Below the pieces are notes generated by a model, which did not search any database, was not told the DNA's origin, and was given only the letters and a program-made list of their open reading frames with translations. A stretch of DNA of 64,000 nucleotides, taken from assembly GCA_963833575.1 (NCBI GenBank), contig CAWHXY010000006.1, positions 224,001 through 288,000 on the forward strand. Reading direction: 5' to 3'. Position numbers and translations under genes: made by a program. Within the stretch, counting starts at the first letter, position 1, and every line of letters starts with the position of its first letter. Shown here one piece after another: positions 49,178-58,962 of the stretch. This DNA comes from Candidatus Bathyarchaeota archaeon. GTDB lineage: Archaea > Thermoproteota > Bathyarchaeia > Bathyarchaeales > Bathycorpusculaceae.

Positions 49178-49191
49178 GTTGATGAAGATAT

Positions 49192-49647
49192 ATGCTTAAA
49201 GGTTTACTCAAAATGTCAATGCTCAAAATAATCTCCGAAAATAAAACCACAGGCTACCAAATCATAAAAAAAATCACTGAACTAACAGGAGAAAAACCTA
49301 GCACAGGCTCAATCTACCCACTGCTTAAATCTATGCAAACCAAAGGCTGGATAAAAGGAACAACACAAAAAGGCAAAACCTCCTACGAAATCACTACCAG
49401 TGGCCTACTAGTCGTGCAGGCACACGGCTCCTTGAAAAGCTATTATGAACAAAAACTCAACGGATCCATTTCTTTGATTCACGAAACCTTCAACGATCAA
49501 ACTGCTACCTTACCTCATAACTTTACTATTGTTAGCCCCGTTGTTAACGAAGTCGCAAGCCTACTTGCGCATGGAGTACCACCGGAAAAAATCAACGCAA
49601 TTCTTTCCAGTACAATAGTTGCTCTTCAGAAACTCTTGGAGGATTGA
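49192..49647 (+). CDS. PadR family transcriptional regulator
   Basis: TGYQIIKKI...PSTGSIYPLL..M..KGWI...YEITTSG. Confidence 0.88.
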   Translation: MLKGLLKMSMLKIISENKTTGYQIIKKITELTGEKPSTGSIYPLLKSMQTKGWIKGTTQKGKTSYEITTSGLLVVQAHGSLKSYYEQKLNGSISLIHETFNDQTATLPHNFTIVSPVVNEVASLLAHGVPPEKINAILSSTIVALQKLLED

Positions 49648-50612
49648 ACATGGAAGAAACCATTTTATCAGTCCAGGGACTCAGCTACAGCTACGACAAA
49701 TTGCTCGCCGTAGATAACATAAGTTTTGACATAAAGAAGGGACAGATGTTCTCGTTTCTTGGACCTAACGGTGCAGGAAAAACAACTACAATAAACATAC
49801 TGACAACCCTACTGCCTGTTCAGAAGGGTAAGGTCTACATATCAGGTTTTAACGTTGAGCAGCAGCCTGATCAAGTCAGACGAAGCTTGGGTATAGTGTT
49901 CCAAAGAGAAACCCTCGACTGGAACCTCAAAGTATGGGAAACACTGGAATTTCACGGCAGGCTTTACTCGATTCCAAAAAACCCACGAAAAGCTCGCATA
50001 GATGAATTGCTGCAAATAGTCGAATTAACTGATAAACGAAATGAATTTGTAAAGAATCTGAGCGGTGGCATGAAACGACGGTTAGAAATTGCAAGAGGAC
50101 TCATGACTCGACCCAAGATACTGTTTCTAGATGAACCCACAATAGGTCTTGACCCTCACTCACGAATGAAAATTTGGGAATACATCAAAAAAGTAAACAA
50201 AGAAGGCGTCACAATTTTCCTTACAACACACTACATGGAAGAAGCAGATCAACTAAGCGACGAAATATACATCATGGACAAAGGAAAAATAATTACAAAC
50301 GGAACATCCGAACAATTGAAGAACTCATTAGGCAGAGACATGGTCTATCTGGAGACAACTAACGACGAAAAATCGATAAGACTAATCAAAGAACTGCCAG
50401 AAGTCACTAAAGTCCGAAAATTCTCCAATGGATTTCTGGTCGACCTTAAAGCAGAAGGCGCCCATTTCATGCCTAAACTCATGGAGACAATCCGAAACGA
50501 GAAAATTGAAGTAGCTAGCATCAACCTGAAGAAACCCACATTAGACGATGTTTTCATTTACTTCACTGGGCGAGGTCTGAAAGAAAACAATTACGGAAGC
50601 GCGACACCTTGA
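49644..50612 (+). CDS. ABC exporter ATP-binding subunit (DrrA-like)
   Basis: GPNGAGKTT, LSGGMKRR, LDEPT, TTHYMEEA, PTLDDVF. Confidence 0.95.
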   Translation: MNMEETILSVQGLSYSYDKLLAVDNISFDIKKGQMFSFLGPNGAGKTTTINILTTLLPVQKGKVYISGFNVEQQPDQVRRSLGIVFQRETLDWNLKVWETLEFHGRLYSIPKNPRKARIDELLQIVELTDKRNEFVKNLSGGMKRRLEIARGLMTRPKILFLDEPTIGLDPHSRMKIWEYIKKVNKEGVTIFLTTHYMEEADQLSDEIYIMDKGKIITNGTSEQLKNSLGRDMVYLETTNDEKSIRLIKELPEVTKVRKFSNGFLVDLKAEGAHFMPKLMETIRNEKIEVASINLKKPTLDDVFIYFTGRGLKENNYGSATP

Positions 50613-51464
50613 TTGGAGGCGGCAGAATTGAGAACTGATTTTGTAACAGTCTACTGGAGAGACATGAAAAAGTTTTTCCGCTCCAAATACGTCCTAATCA
50701 CCTCTTTGATTCAACCGGCACTCTGGCTAGCGATATATGGGCTGTCGATGTCTGGCAGCTTTAACTTAATTTCAACGGAAAATTCATTGCGTCAAGGTTT
50801 CATATCCGTGAATTATTTAACATTCATGGCTGCGGGAGTAGTATCCTTAACTATTCTTTTTACTTGCCTTTACTCAGGAACTTATGTTCAATTTGATATT
50901 CAGTTTGGTTTAATGAAAGAGATGGTTGCATCGCCAATAAAACGTTCACATATTCTACTTGGATTAAGTTTAAGTGGTCTAACAAAAGCACTAATTCAAA
51001 CAACAATAATTTTGGGTTTTGGTCTAATCTTGGGCGTAAAGTACTTTGCTGGTTTTACAATATTGCACGTTATGCTTTCTGTTTTGGGCATACTTCTATT
51101 CGTTATTTTGTTTAGTATGGGTCTTATGTTTCTTGCCCTAACTCTAGGAATAACTATAGAAGGTCACGACTCAATTCAAAGTGTCATTACTTTGCTTACC
51201 CTGCCCCTTTTCTTCGCCAGCAATGCTTTGTACCAAATGAGTTCTCTGCCAACAGCGATTCAAGTAGCCAGCAGTTTTAATCCTCTATCATACTTCATAA
51301 ATGGCATAAGATACTTTTCCATTGGCCAAAAATTCTATTCTATGGGAACCTACTATGAATTTGGAACCATCGACTTGCTGTTTTCTTTGGCTGTTCTTTC
51401 ATTATTTACACTTGCCATGTACTTGTTGGCTATGAGGGCTATCAAGAGAGTTAAAATGGTATAA
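50613..51464 (+). CDS. ABC-2 type permease (DrrB-like)
   Basis: About six TM helices, QPALWL, NPLSY; follows the ATPase gene. Confidence 0.9.
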   Translation: MEAAELRTDFVTVYWRDMKKFFRSKYVLITSLIQPALWLAIYGLSMSGSFNLISTENSLRQGFISVNYLTFMAAGVVSLTILFTCLYSGTYVQFDIQFGLMKEMVASPIKRSHILLGLSLSGLTKALIQTTIILGFGLILGVKYFAGFTILHVMLSVLGILLFVILFSMGLMFLALTLGITIEGHDSIQSVITLLTLPLFFASNALYQMSSLPTAIQVASSFNPLSYFINGIRYFSIGQKFYSMGTYYEFGTIDLLFSLAVLSLFTLAMYLLAMRAIKRVKMV

Positions 51465-51488
51465 ACTACCATCTTTCGTTGTTACTGC

Positions 51489-51872
51489 CTACCTCTTCGG
51501 GTTTGCTACAATCCATTTTACGTTATCAAACCCATACTTTGCCAGTAGCGGCGCCAAGAAATTTGGCAGGACTTCATCTGCCACCTCGCCCAAAACCACG
51601 GTGTCGCCTTCCTGATAGACCAGCGCCACACAGGAGATATCTCTTTGGTGTTCTTGTTTGGATAGGATTTGCCAGTATTCTTCTATGCCTTTGCCTTTCT
51701 CGATGATCCAGACGCATTTGTCTTTGGATGTTTCTTCTTCAAATGTGTTGAATACGCGGACGACTTCAGCTACAGTGTTTGGGGTTTGGGCTGTTTTGAC
51801 ACAGAACCAGATTGTCATGTAATCCCTATCACAAAAAAAGTTGGCCAGCTTATTTGTTTTCCTGTCAAACAT
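51489..51872 (-). CDS. Hypothetical protein
   Basis: 127-aa ORF; probable start at MTIWF. Confidence 0.6.
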   Translation of the reverse strand: MFDRKTNKLANFFCDRDYMTIWFCVKTAQTPNTVAEVVRVFNTFEEETSKDKCVWIIEKGKGIEEYWQILSKQEHQRDISCVALVYQEGDTVVLGEVADEVLPNFLAPLLAKYGFDNVKWIVANPKR

Positions 51873-51993
51873 TTTTCGGGTTGGATGAGTACATTTCTTG
51901 CGGAAAAACCTACGAAAATTAGGTCTAGCTTACGCTACGTTTTTCAAAACATGCCTCTTATTAATCGAAGTGTGCAAATGTTTAGTTGAAAGC

Positions 51994-52281
51994 TTACTTC
52001 TTAATCATGGTCAAGAAATCGTCGATTGGGGTCGCGGGCATGCTCTTTATGTGTACAGTTCCGCGAGCGCCTAATTCTATGGAAACTCTCATGATGGCTT
52101 CGTTGTTTGGCGCTTCTACAATGTTGACGAAATCATAGTCGCCCAAAACAGAGTATTGCTGCAAAACTTTTGCGCCGTAGGCTTCTATTTCTTTATCTAC
52201 CTCTTTTATTCTTTCAGGTCTTTCCTTAATGGTTTTTCTCCCTTCAGAAGTGAGGGTCGACAAGAGAATGTATGTTGGCAC
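51994..52281 (-). CDS. GYD domain protein
   Basis: QYSVLGDYDFVNIVEAP. Confidence 0.88.
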   Translation of the reverse strand: MPTYILLSTLTSEGRKTIKERPERIKEVDKEIEAYGAKVLQQYSVLGDYDFVNIVEAPNNEAIMRVSIELGARGTVHIKSMPATPIDDFLTMIKK

Positions 52282-52447
52282 AAAATCACCAATTAGAAAG
52301 TTAGGTGTAATACTCTCTTATTCTTTTTGGATTAGATTTCTTTTGAAAAATGAAGACTAAGCCCAAAAACAGAAGTCCTTACCGGTTACCTCGTACGTAT
52401 GGAAGCTTAATTAAGCGTCTCAACCATTATTTTGATGAGGAATTTTT

Positions 52448-53287
52448 TTGGCGACACCTCAAGAGGAAACTAAAAGAAAGTTGCCAGGGGTCGTTGACAT
52501 TGCTTATGAGCAGTATCTGCGAGACTTGTCACGTTATCGACTGGCCAAGGAGATAATGAGCCAAGACGTTGTTACAATAGTTCCAGAAGCTTTGCTGGCT
52601 GAAGCCGCTAAAATAATGGGGCAGAAACATATTGGTAGCCTAATCGTCGTGAAGTATCACACACCAGTGGGGATAGTTACTGAGCGTGATTTGCTAAGCA
52701 AAGTTTTAGCGCTTGGATTGTTTCTGGGAGATGAAAAAGTTGAGAATGTCATGTCGTATCCACTAGCTGCTGTTTCGTCTAACTCTAAAATAAAAGAAGT
52801 TGCCCGGCTCATGATTAACAAGAAAAGTAGGCTTGCAGTATTTGACGTTGGAGCACTTGAGGGAATCATAACTGCTTCGGACCTGATCAAGAGTTTGCCT
52901 GATGTTCCCGAAACTGAGGTCAAAGTTGATGATTTCATGACGAAAGAAGTTGTGACTGCTGATGAAGAGACACCCGTGATCAGCATAGCTCGTATCATGG
53001 GCAGGCAGCGGATCGGTAGTGTCATAATTACGCGCAAAGGAGAACCATTTGGGATATTTACTGAACGTGATTTGCTTACATCTTTCTTAGCAACAGGCAG
53101 AGCGTTATATACGGAGGTAGGACCAGAATGTTCATCGCCTTTAATCATGATTCCAGCTGGCACAAGCGTTCATAGAGCCGCTGCAACAATGGCATTAAAA
53201 CATTCTAGACGATTACCTATCGTTAAAGACGACAAGTTAGTGGGCATTATAACCGCACGCGATCTCGTCGAAGCCTATGCAAAATAA
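52448..53287 (+). CDS. Four-CBS-domain protein
   Basis: Repeated G(I)(V/I/F)T(E/A)xDL CBS motifs. Confidence 0.9.
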   Translation: MATPQEETKRKLPGVVDIAYEQYLRDLSRYRLAKEIMSQDVVTIVPEALLAEAAKIMGQKHIGSLIVVKYHTPVGIVTERDLLSKVLALGLFLGDEKVENVMSYPLAAVSSNSKIKEVARLMINKKSRLAVFDVGALEGIITASDLIKSLPDVPETEVKVDDFMTKEVVTADEETPVISIARIMGRQRIGSVIITRKGEPFGIFTERDLLTSFLATGRALYTEVGPECSSPLIMIPAGTSVHRAAATMALKHSRRLPIVKDDKLVGIITARDLVEAYAK

Positions 53288-53627
53288 AACTCTATCCCAC
53301 TTTTTTTTGTTTTTTTGCACACGATGAACGGTTTAAATGACGTTGTCAACGTAGCACCCAATCAGCAAACCTCGGCAATAATCAAACCCTATATGGGAAC
53401 GGTAAGACGCAAAACAATCCGTTCTGTGTCGGTTCTTATATTGATGAAGGGTCAACGACGGTCATGACTCCTTGATATAAAAAAATGGTAAGCCCAAAAA
53501 ATGAGAACACCTGAGGACCCTGTTTTTTTCAATGAGGGCATTAAGCTGTTTTTTGTTTAGGCCAACTCCTGAGCCTCTAACATAAGTTTTTATCTTAACA
53601 TATCTGGCTTCAACTTGTTTGGATGAA

Positions 53628-54083
53628 CTATTTGGACAGCCCAAGTTGCTTCATGAATCCGACTACATCGTAGAATAGTCTTTCTTCGACGATTTCGCCG
53701 TCCTTCCAGGTGGCGACTGTGCAGAATTCAAGCTTTGCTGTCTTTCCAGTGGGCGGGATCATCTTTCCATCGGCGCCTTTCATTGGTCCTTTCATTGTTA
53801 CAGTCCAATCAGCGACCGTGCACGTGTGATTTTCATCACCGAATGCTATTTTGTAGGGATTGTTGATTAATCGGTTGTCGAAGGTTTTGAAGAACTCTGT
53901 AGCCTCAACATCATGGTTGTGTCGTCCTCTTGTGGGGTCAGGTTGAGCGGGCCAGTAAACTACGACGTCTTCTCGATGCCGTCTCTTGAATGTCTCCCAA
54001 AGAGGGCTTCCAGGTCCAGCATTCCATGAATCATCAAGCGTTTTCATCAACTCAAGATTTTCTTTAACTCCCATACTGTTCAC
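53628..54083 (-). CDS. SnoaL-like ester cyclase
   Basis: GPMKGADGKMIPPTGK...WKDGEIVEERLFYD...MKQLGL. Confidence 0.88.
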   Translation of the reverse strand: MNSMGVKENLELMKTLDDSWNAGPGSPLWETFKRRHREDVVVYWPAQPDPTRGRHNHDVEATEFFKTFDNRLINNPYKIAFGDENHTCTVADWTVTMKGPMKGADGKMIPPTGKTAKLEFCTVATWKDGEIVEERLFYDVVGFMKQLGLSK

Positions 54084-54298
54084 CTCACTTAGTAATTTTG
54101 TATTTAACGCCTAATAAACTTACAACAACATTCCTAGCAACCATCACAATCTCTTGATAACATCTGGCTCTAATCCGGTTGTTACTCTTCATTAATACCT
54201 CAAAAAAAGCTTTTTTAGATTACTCGCCATAATCTACATACAAGTATATTTCTGTAAGGTAAAAAGTTTATAAATTGACTCAGCATTTCAAACCATCT

Positions 54299-54418
54299 AT
54301 GTCCTACGAAACGTTCCAATGTCCAAGTTGCGGTGCAATATTCGGAGACCCTAAACAACTCCAAGAACACAGCGTGAAAATACATAAAGGGCAAAAAAGA
54401 AACAAAGCGAATCAATAA
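54299..54418 (+). CDS. 39-aa single C2H2 zinc-finger protein (not in ORF track)
   Basis: MSYETFQCPSCGAIFGDPKQLQEHSVKIHKGQKRNKANQ; TTTATAAA box at 54267-54274. Confidence 0.75.
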   Translation: MSYETFQCPSCGAIFGDPKQLQEHSVKIHKGQKRNKANQ

Positions 54419-54973
54419 CTATTGTTTTAGACTAACGATTTAGTTTTAAATCAGGTAAATCATTCAAGAGTTAATTCTTGCTATAGAGATTCTGTTTTAA
54501 CTATAGTCTATTTGGAAACATTACATAAGCGACGCGCAAGCAATATTCTTTGGTGGTGCAACTGCAAAAAGAGAAAAAAAATAAACAACAAGAAAGAAAA
54601 CAAGATGAAGAGCCACTCTTTTTTCGGCGAATCTAAATTTTAAGATAAAAATGGGAGAAGATCAGCGATCAAATAAAGAAAAAAGTAGTGGTTCGGAATT
54701 GTTTGACTGGATGTTAGCTACAGATTTTGACCCAGTGGAATGCAAATGTTCAAGAAAGAACTCCGATCTGGTTGCCCACATACTATCTCTGCAAATCGAA
54801 GTTAATTAGCTTCGTTTTCGCAGGATGTAAGATCAGTTAACACGGTTAGGATTTCTAGTCAGATTATAACGCATTTACAAAGTGTATTTGCTTTAACTGA
54901 AGTCATTTGAAAAAGCAAGAGTCATGCTGGTTCGAATTCAATCCTCGAGATCATAATCAAGTTAACGCAATAA

Positions 54974-55450
54974 CTAGTGTCGATTTAATTCTTTTAATAG
55001 AATTTTGGCTTCAGGTGGCAAATCGGGCTTGTTTCTTCGGCTAATAACCAAAAACAGAGAACCGATAAAAATTAATGCTATCCCGAAAAAAGCAACACTT
55101 GCTTTTGGTAAAATTTGTAGTTCAAGTCCGAAAGTGAAAAATACCATTGCTATCCCCATAACAACCATTATGGTGTTGCTCATGGCTGCTGTTGAATGCA
55201 ATGCAAATTCTCTTTTTCCTGTGTCAGTCACAAGAAAATAACCTTGTTTTTCCTCAATCATACCTGCATTCATTAGGTAATTCCAATCGTAATGAAAATG
55301 TCCATCAGACTTATAACCCAATGCAGAACTTATGCTTGATTTTACTCCTGGTTCAGACTTAATTTTGTTGCTTGAGGCAGAATAGATAAAGTAAAGGAGT
55401 TTAGTTCTGGGTGATTGAATATCTGCGCTTATTCCACGTGACTTTGCTAT
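54974..55450 (-). CDS. Winged-helix protein with two C-terminal TM helices
   Basis: Frame is open upstream of the TTG at 55321 to ATA 55450 after GGAGTTGA; YLMNAGMIEE...VTDTGK wing followed by two TM helices. Confidence 0.6.
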   Translation of the reverse strand: MAKSRGISADIQSPRTKLLYFIYSASSNKIKSEPGVKSSISSALGYKSDGHFHYDWNYLMNAGMIEEKQGYFLVTDTGKREFALHSTAAMSNTIMVVMGIAMVFFTFGLELQILPKASVAFFGIALIFIGSLFLVISRRNKPDLPPEAKILLKELNRH

Positions 55451-55549
55451 CGAATCAACTCCAATTTGATAAGTGGTAAATGGTAGCTTTTGCTCTGCAG
55501 TTTAGGTGTGTTTGCATAATTTCATCTATAATTGTTTTTTGCTTATGAA

Positions 55550-55615
55550 TCTAACTCTTAGAGTTACCATTCTAAATGTTAGAGCGTTATCATAGGTGTT
55601 ATTCTAAATGTTAGG
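55550..55615. promoter_or_regulatory. Three palindromic TCTAA-N3-TTAG(A/G) boxes
   Basis: 55550-55562, 55571-55583 and 55603-55615, in a divergent promoter region. Confidence 0.65.
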
Positions 55616-55667
55616 GCTATAACCTCCATGCATTCTAGTGTATTTCAAAAAAAATGGAGGAAAAAAA

Positions 55668-56321
55668 ATGAATGTAAATTTCGAATATAGCAAGACTTTG
55701 GCCGGCGAAGGTTCATTACTACTTTTACTCAGCCTTGTACCTTATGCTGGTTGGATCTTAGGCATAATCGGCGTAATTCTGTTTCTCAGGGGTATGAAAG
55801 AAATTGCTAATTACTATCAAGATAAAGAAATCTACCAAAATGCACTAACAGGTGTGAAATATTACATAGTCGCCATTATAGCCGCAGGTGTAGCGGTCGC
55901 AGCAATAACAATTGGTGTTGCATCCGCAACAGGCTTTGCATTTAAAAATCCCTTTGTACTTACAGCAGGTTTTGGAGCTGGCTTAATAGCTGCCATTGCC
56001 GGGATCGTAGTGGCTTTTGTGTTCTATATCCTTGCCGCATCGCACCTAAAGAGAACTTTCAATACACTTGCCCAGAGATCAGGTGAAGCATCATTTACAA
56101 CAGCTAGTAATTTGCTTTGGTGGGGCGCTATACTAACAATAATCGGCGTTGGCTTAATACTGATATTCATCGCTTGGATATTTGCTACAGTAGCATTCTT
56201 CTCCATGAAACCGCAACAACAGCAACAATACAGTCCACAACAATATGCATACACACCCCCTTCTTCTCAACCTGAGCAAGGAAAAATGATAGAAAGCAGC
56301 CGAACAAACAGTATCAAATAG
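55668..56321 (+). CDS. DUF996 family membrane protein
   Basis: KTLAGEGSLL...Y.DKEIYQNAL...WWGAILTIIGVGLILIFIAWI; GGAGG SD before ATG 55668. Confidence 0.85.
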   Translation: MNVNFEYSKTLAGEGSLLLLLSLVPYAGWILGIIGVILFLRGMKEIANYYQDKEIYQNALTGVKYYIVAIIAAGVAVAAITIGVASATGFAFKNPFVLTAGFGAGLIAAIAGIVVAFVFYILAASHLKRTFNTLAQRSGEASFTTASNLLWWGAILTIIGVGLILIFIAWIFATVAFFSMKPQQQQQYSPQQYAYTPPSSQPEQGKMIESSRTNSIK

Positions 56322-56355
56322 GCGAAATTGAAACAATAGAAAATAGAGGAATTTA

Positions 56356-56925
56356 ATGACCGAGCAAAGTGGAATTGAAAAAAGTTCCGATTGGAAGAAA
56401 TTCCTAAGAAAACACTGGAAAACGGTTGTAGTATTTGCAGTAGCTGGCATTTTGGTATTCATTGGCGCAGTCTATGTCTTCTTGTGGTTTACTGGAGACG
56501 CTCAAACAACAGATTTAGTTCCATCAACTCTGGGTCTCTGGACAATGGGAAATACAATATCGTTTATTCTGCATCTAATTTTCTGGGAACTCATATTCAT
56601 CGGAGTTCCTGCAATCATAGGTACAGTAATAGGTTGGCAATGGTGGAAAAGACTGCCTGAACAAGAAAAGAGTGAATATCATCTATCTGGAAAAAGTTCA
56701 CGCTCTTCAAGAGCAGGAGGAGCAATATCACCTTTGCTCTTCATTGCGTTCGCCATCAAAGTCTACGTGGACGGAAACTGGAACGTTGCAATCTCAACCT
56801 ACACTCTGGACTATGTAGTGAATTCCATGATTACAATTCTCATTTGGATAGTTGCCATCTTCGCAATTCCCGCAACAATAGGGCTCATCTGGTGGATACG
56901 CCACGAGATGAACAAAAACCCCTAA
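56356..56925 (+). CDS. Hypothetical multi-pass membrane protein
   Basis: Four TM segments, Trp-rich. Confidence 0.8.
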   Translation: MTEQSGIEKSSDWKKFLRKHWKTVVVFAVAGILVFIGAVYVFLWFTGDAQTTDLVPSTLGLWTMGNTISFILHLIFWELIFIGVPAIIGTVIGWQWWKRLPEQEKSEYHLSGKSSRSSRAGGAISPLLFIAFAIKVYVDGNWNVAISTYTLDYVVNSMITILIWIVAIFAIPATIGLIWWIRHEMNKNP

Positions 56926-57033
56926 ACCTTTTTTTGTTAAACCACAACCCGAAGATAAAACACAATCAAAAGAGTCTATAGAAAATACGTTGGCAAGCAA
57001 TATTAAGCAAATTATCGCTTTGGATTCTTCGAC

Positions 57034-57459
57034 GTGTTTGTGATGACTGATTATCGGTTACAGGTCGTCTTTGAACCCTTCCAGAAAAATGCGTGGTCGA
57101 GAAGATACCGTTTTGCGGTTATCGACCCTAACAACTTTAAAGGCTACCCAGCAAATTTTGTATGCCTCTTACCAAAGAAAATATTTGAGTCAGGAAAGCC
57201 TGTGAGTGAATTTGGAAAAAAATTTGGAGAAAAGAGCTTAGAGTTTGCCGTCTCATTATTGGAGCAAGCACTCAAACAACAGGAAGATGAAAAAGTCAAA
57301 ACTGAACTAGAGAAAAGACTCAGAAGTCTTGAATTAGAGAGACCTAAACTGATATGCGTTTGTTGCCAACAGGAATTCGAAGAATACGGAAGGACTAAGT
57401 ACAAGCGCAGACTTTGCAAAAATTGTCTAGAAGCACGATTCTTTCAAAATCAGAACTAA
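57034..57459 (+). CDS. Hypothetical protein with C-terminal Zn-binding motif
   Basis: CVCC...CKNC. Confidence 0.65.
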   Translation: MFVMTDYRLQVVFEPFQKNAWSRRYRFAVIDPNNFKGYPANFVCLLPKKIFESGKPVSEFGKKFGEKSLEFAVSLLEQALKQQEDEKVKTELEKRLRSLELERPKLICVCCQQEFEEYGRTKYKRRLCKNCLEARFFQNQN

Positions 57460-57513
57460 ATAGGCAATTGACAGTCTCTTTTGTAATTGGCAGACGCTGG
57501 ATTGAACGAAACA

Positions 57514-58290
57514 TTAGCTCATTTGCCAATTTATTGCAATTGCCTTTACTCTAAGGCCAAGATGTCTTTTCTTGAAAATAATAAGGGATGCTGCAGCAAT
57601 TACGAAAGATGCCAATATTATAACTCCGAGCATTGCTATTGAAAACTCTGGGACTGATGGTGAAGCAGTGGGTGTTGAGCTGAAAATGTTGGTTTCAATT
57701 ATGCTATATGAAATTGATGTTACAACAGGCTGTGGATCTGGCTGCGTGGTTGTCTGAGTTGTTGATTCAAGCAGCATTCCAGAAGCCCGATCATAAACGT
57801 AGGAAAGGCTAGTGTTGTAGTCAGATGTTGGGATTGTTACATCAAGTATAGTTACAGTTCTACTAACGCCCAAGTACGTCTGGGTCTCTGTTCTATTGAC
57901 AATATATGTGTTGGGCGGAGGTATGGCATCGCCCGGGTTTAGATTGGAAGCAACAATAGGCCCTTGAGTGTTTGGAACTCCATTCTCTGTCCCAGTTTCA
58001 ACATTCCAAACTTCAACTGTGCCATTTCCCGGAGTCGCTGTGCCATTCTTATATTGACTAGTAAAGAGCAAAGTTATTGCCTTTCCGGAAACATCGGTGA
58101 CTTGAAGTCTTTGCCAGCCAATATCATTGAAAGTTTCAACCCCAGGACCAGTTCCAACAAAATTACCATATTTCACATATTGCCCCACTGTAACGCCTGA
58201 GTTGTATTCAACTGCGAAAACAGGTAGAGCGAGCGTTGCTAAAAGAGCCAACGTTAAGAGTATGACCGTTAAGGATTTGAAAGTTAACAA
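57514..58290 (-). CDS. Secreted protein with PEF-CTERM-like sorting signal
   Basis: Signal peptide; VPEFS followed by TM helix and KKRH. Confidence 0.8.
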   Translation of the reverse strand: MLTFKSLTVILLTLALLATLALPVFAVEYNSGVTVGQYVKYGNFVGTGPGVETFNDIGWQRLQVTDVSGKAITLLFTSQYKNGTATPGNGTVEVWNVETGTENGVPNTQGPIVASNLNPGDAIPPPNTYIVNRTETQTYLGVSRTVTILDVTIPTSDYNTSLSYVYDRASGMLLESTTQTTTQPDPQPVVTSISYSIIETNIFSSTPTASPSVPEFSIAMLGVIILASFVIAAASLIIFKKRHLGLRVKAIAINWQMS

Positions 58291-58350
58291 AATAGAATCT
58301 CCATTTTATCTATATTATTTTTCACATATTAGAGTTTTCAGTTAAGTAGA

Positions 58351-58503
58351 TCAAGCAGTTCTTTTTGCTCCGCAATTTGGACAAAATGTCGCGGTTTGCG
58401 GGAAAAGGGCTGCACAGTACTTGCATGGAATCATAACAACTTCAACTGCCTTCTGAACGGTTTCGTCCTCGTCAGAACCGCATCCACACCCACAAGGGCA
58501 CAT
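58351..58503 (-). CDS. 50-aa Cys-rich protein: CPCGCGC cluster plus zinc ribbon (not in ORF track)
   Basis: MCPCGCGCGSDEDETVQKAVEVVMIPCKYCAALFPQTATFCPNCGAKRTA; starts 15 nt after the ArsR stop. Confidence 0.8.
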   Translation of the reverse strand: MCPCGCGCGSDEDETVQKAVEVVMIPCKYCAALFPQTATFCPNCGAKRTA

Positions 58504-58518
58504 TTTCAAATCAGCCTT

Positions 58519-58857
58519 CTATGTTGAATAGTTTTTTGCTACTTCTTGTTTTTGGACTAGTTGTTCCATCAGAACTTCGCGCATTATGTCGCATGCTTGG
58601 CTGATTTTAGGGCTTGATACTCGATAGTATACGGCAGAGCCTTCTTTTCTGGTTTTGACTATTTGTCTTTGCCTCATCAATGCCAAGTGTTGAGATATGT
58701 TAGATTGACTTGCACCTACTATGTCAACAAGTTCATTGACGGTTTTCTCGCCATCTTTTAAAATATGAAGAAGGGCTAATCTTAGCGGGTGGGCTAGTGT
58801 TTTTGAAATCTCTGCTTGCAATTCGTAGATTGTCATGTCAAACTCTTTTTTCGTCAT
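58519..58857 (-). CDS. ArsR/SmtB family metalloregulator
   Basis: KTLAHPLRL...GEKTVNEL...SNISQHLALMR...RKEGSAVYY; start at MTKKEF. Confidence 0.9.
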   Translation of the reverse strand: MTKKEFDMTIYELQAEISKTLAHPLRLALLHILKDGEKTVNELVDIVGASQSNISQHLALMRQRQIVKTRKEGSAVYYRVSSPKISQACDIMREVLMEQLVQKQEVAKNYST

Positions 58858-58962
58858 CGTGATTTCCTTTCTATTCGAATATTCTAACATAGTTTCAACC
58901 TTTTATGTTTTTCAGTAAACACAAAAACAAAGAAAAGAAGTAGGGATTCTGCTTCCTCATAT

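Noticed and set aside
54215-54415. 66-aa minus-strand ORF from the track
   Set aside because: Shadow of the plus-strand C2H2 finger gene, which has the motif and promoter
54651-54809. 52-codon plus-strand ORF (MGEDQRS...)
   Set aside because: No motif or clear SD/TATA support; cannot be distinguished from chance
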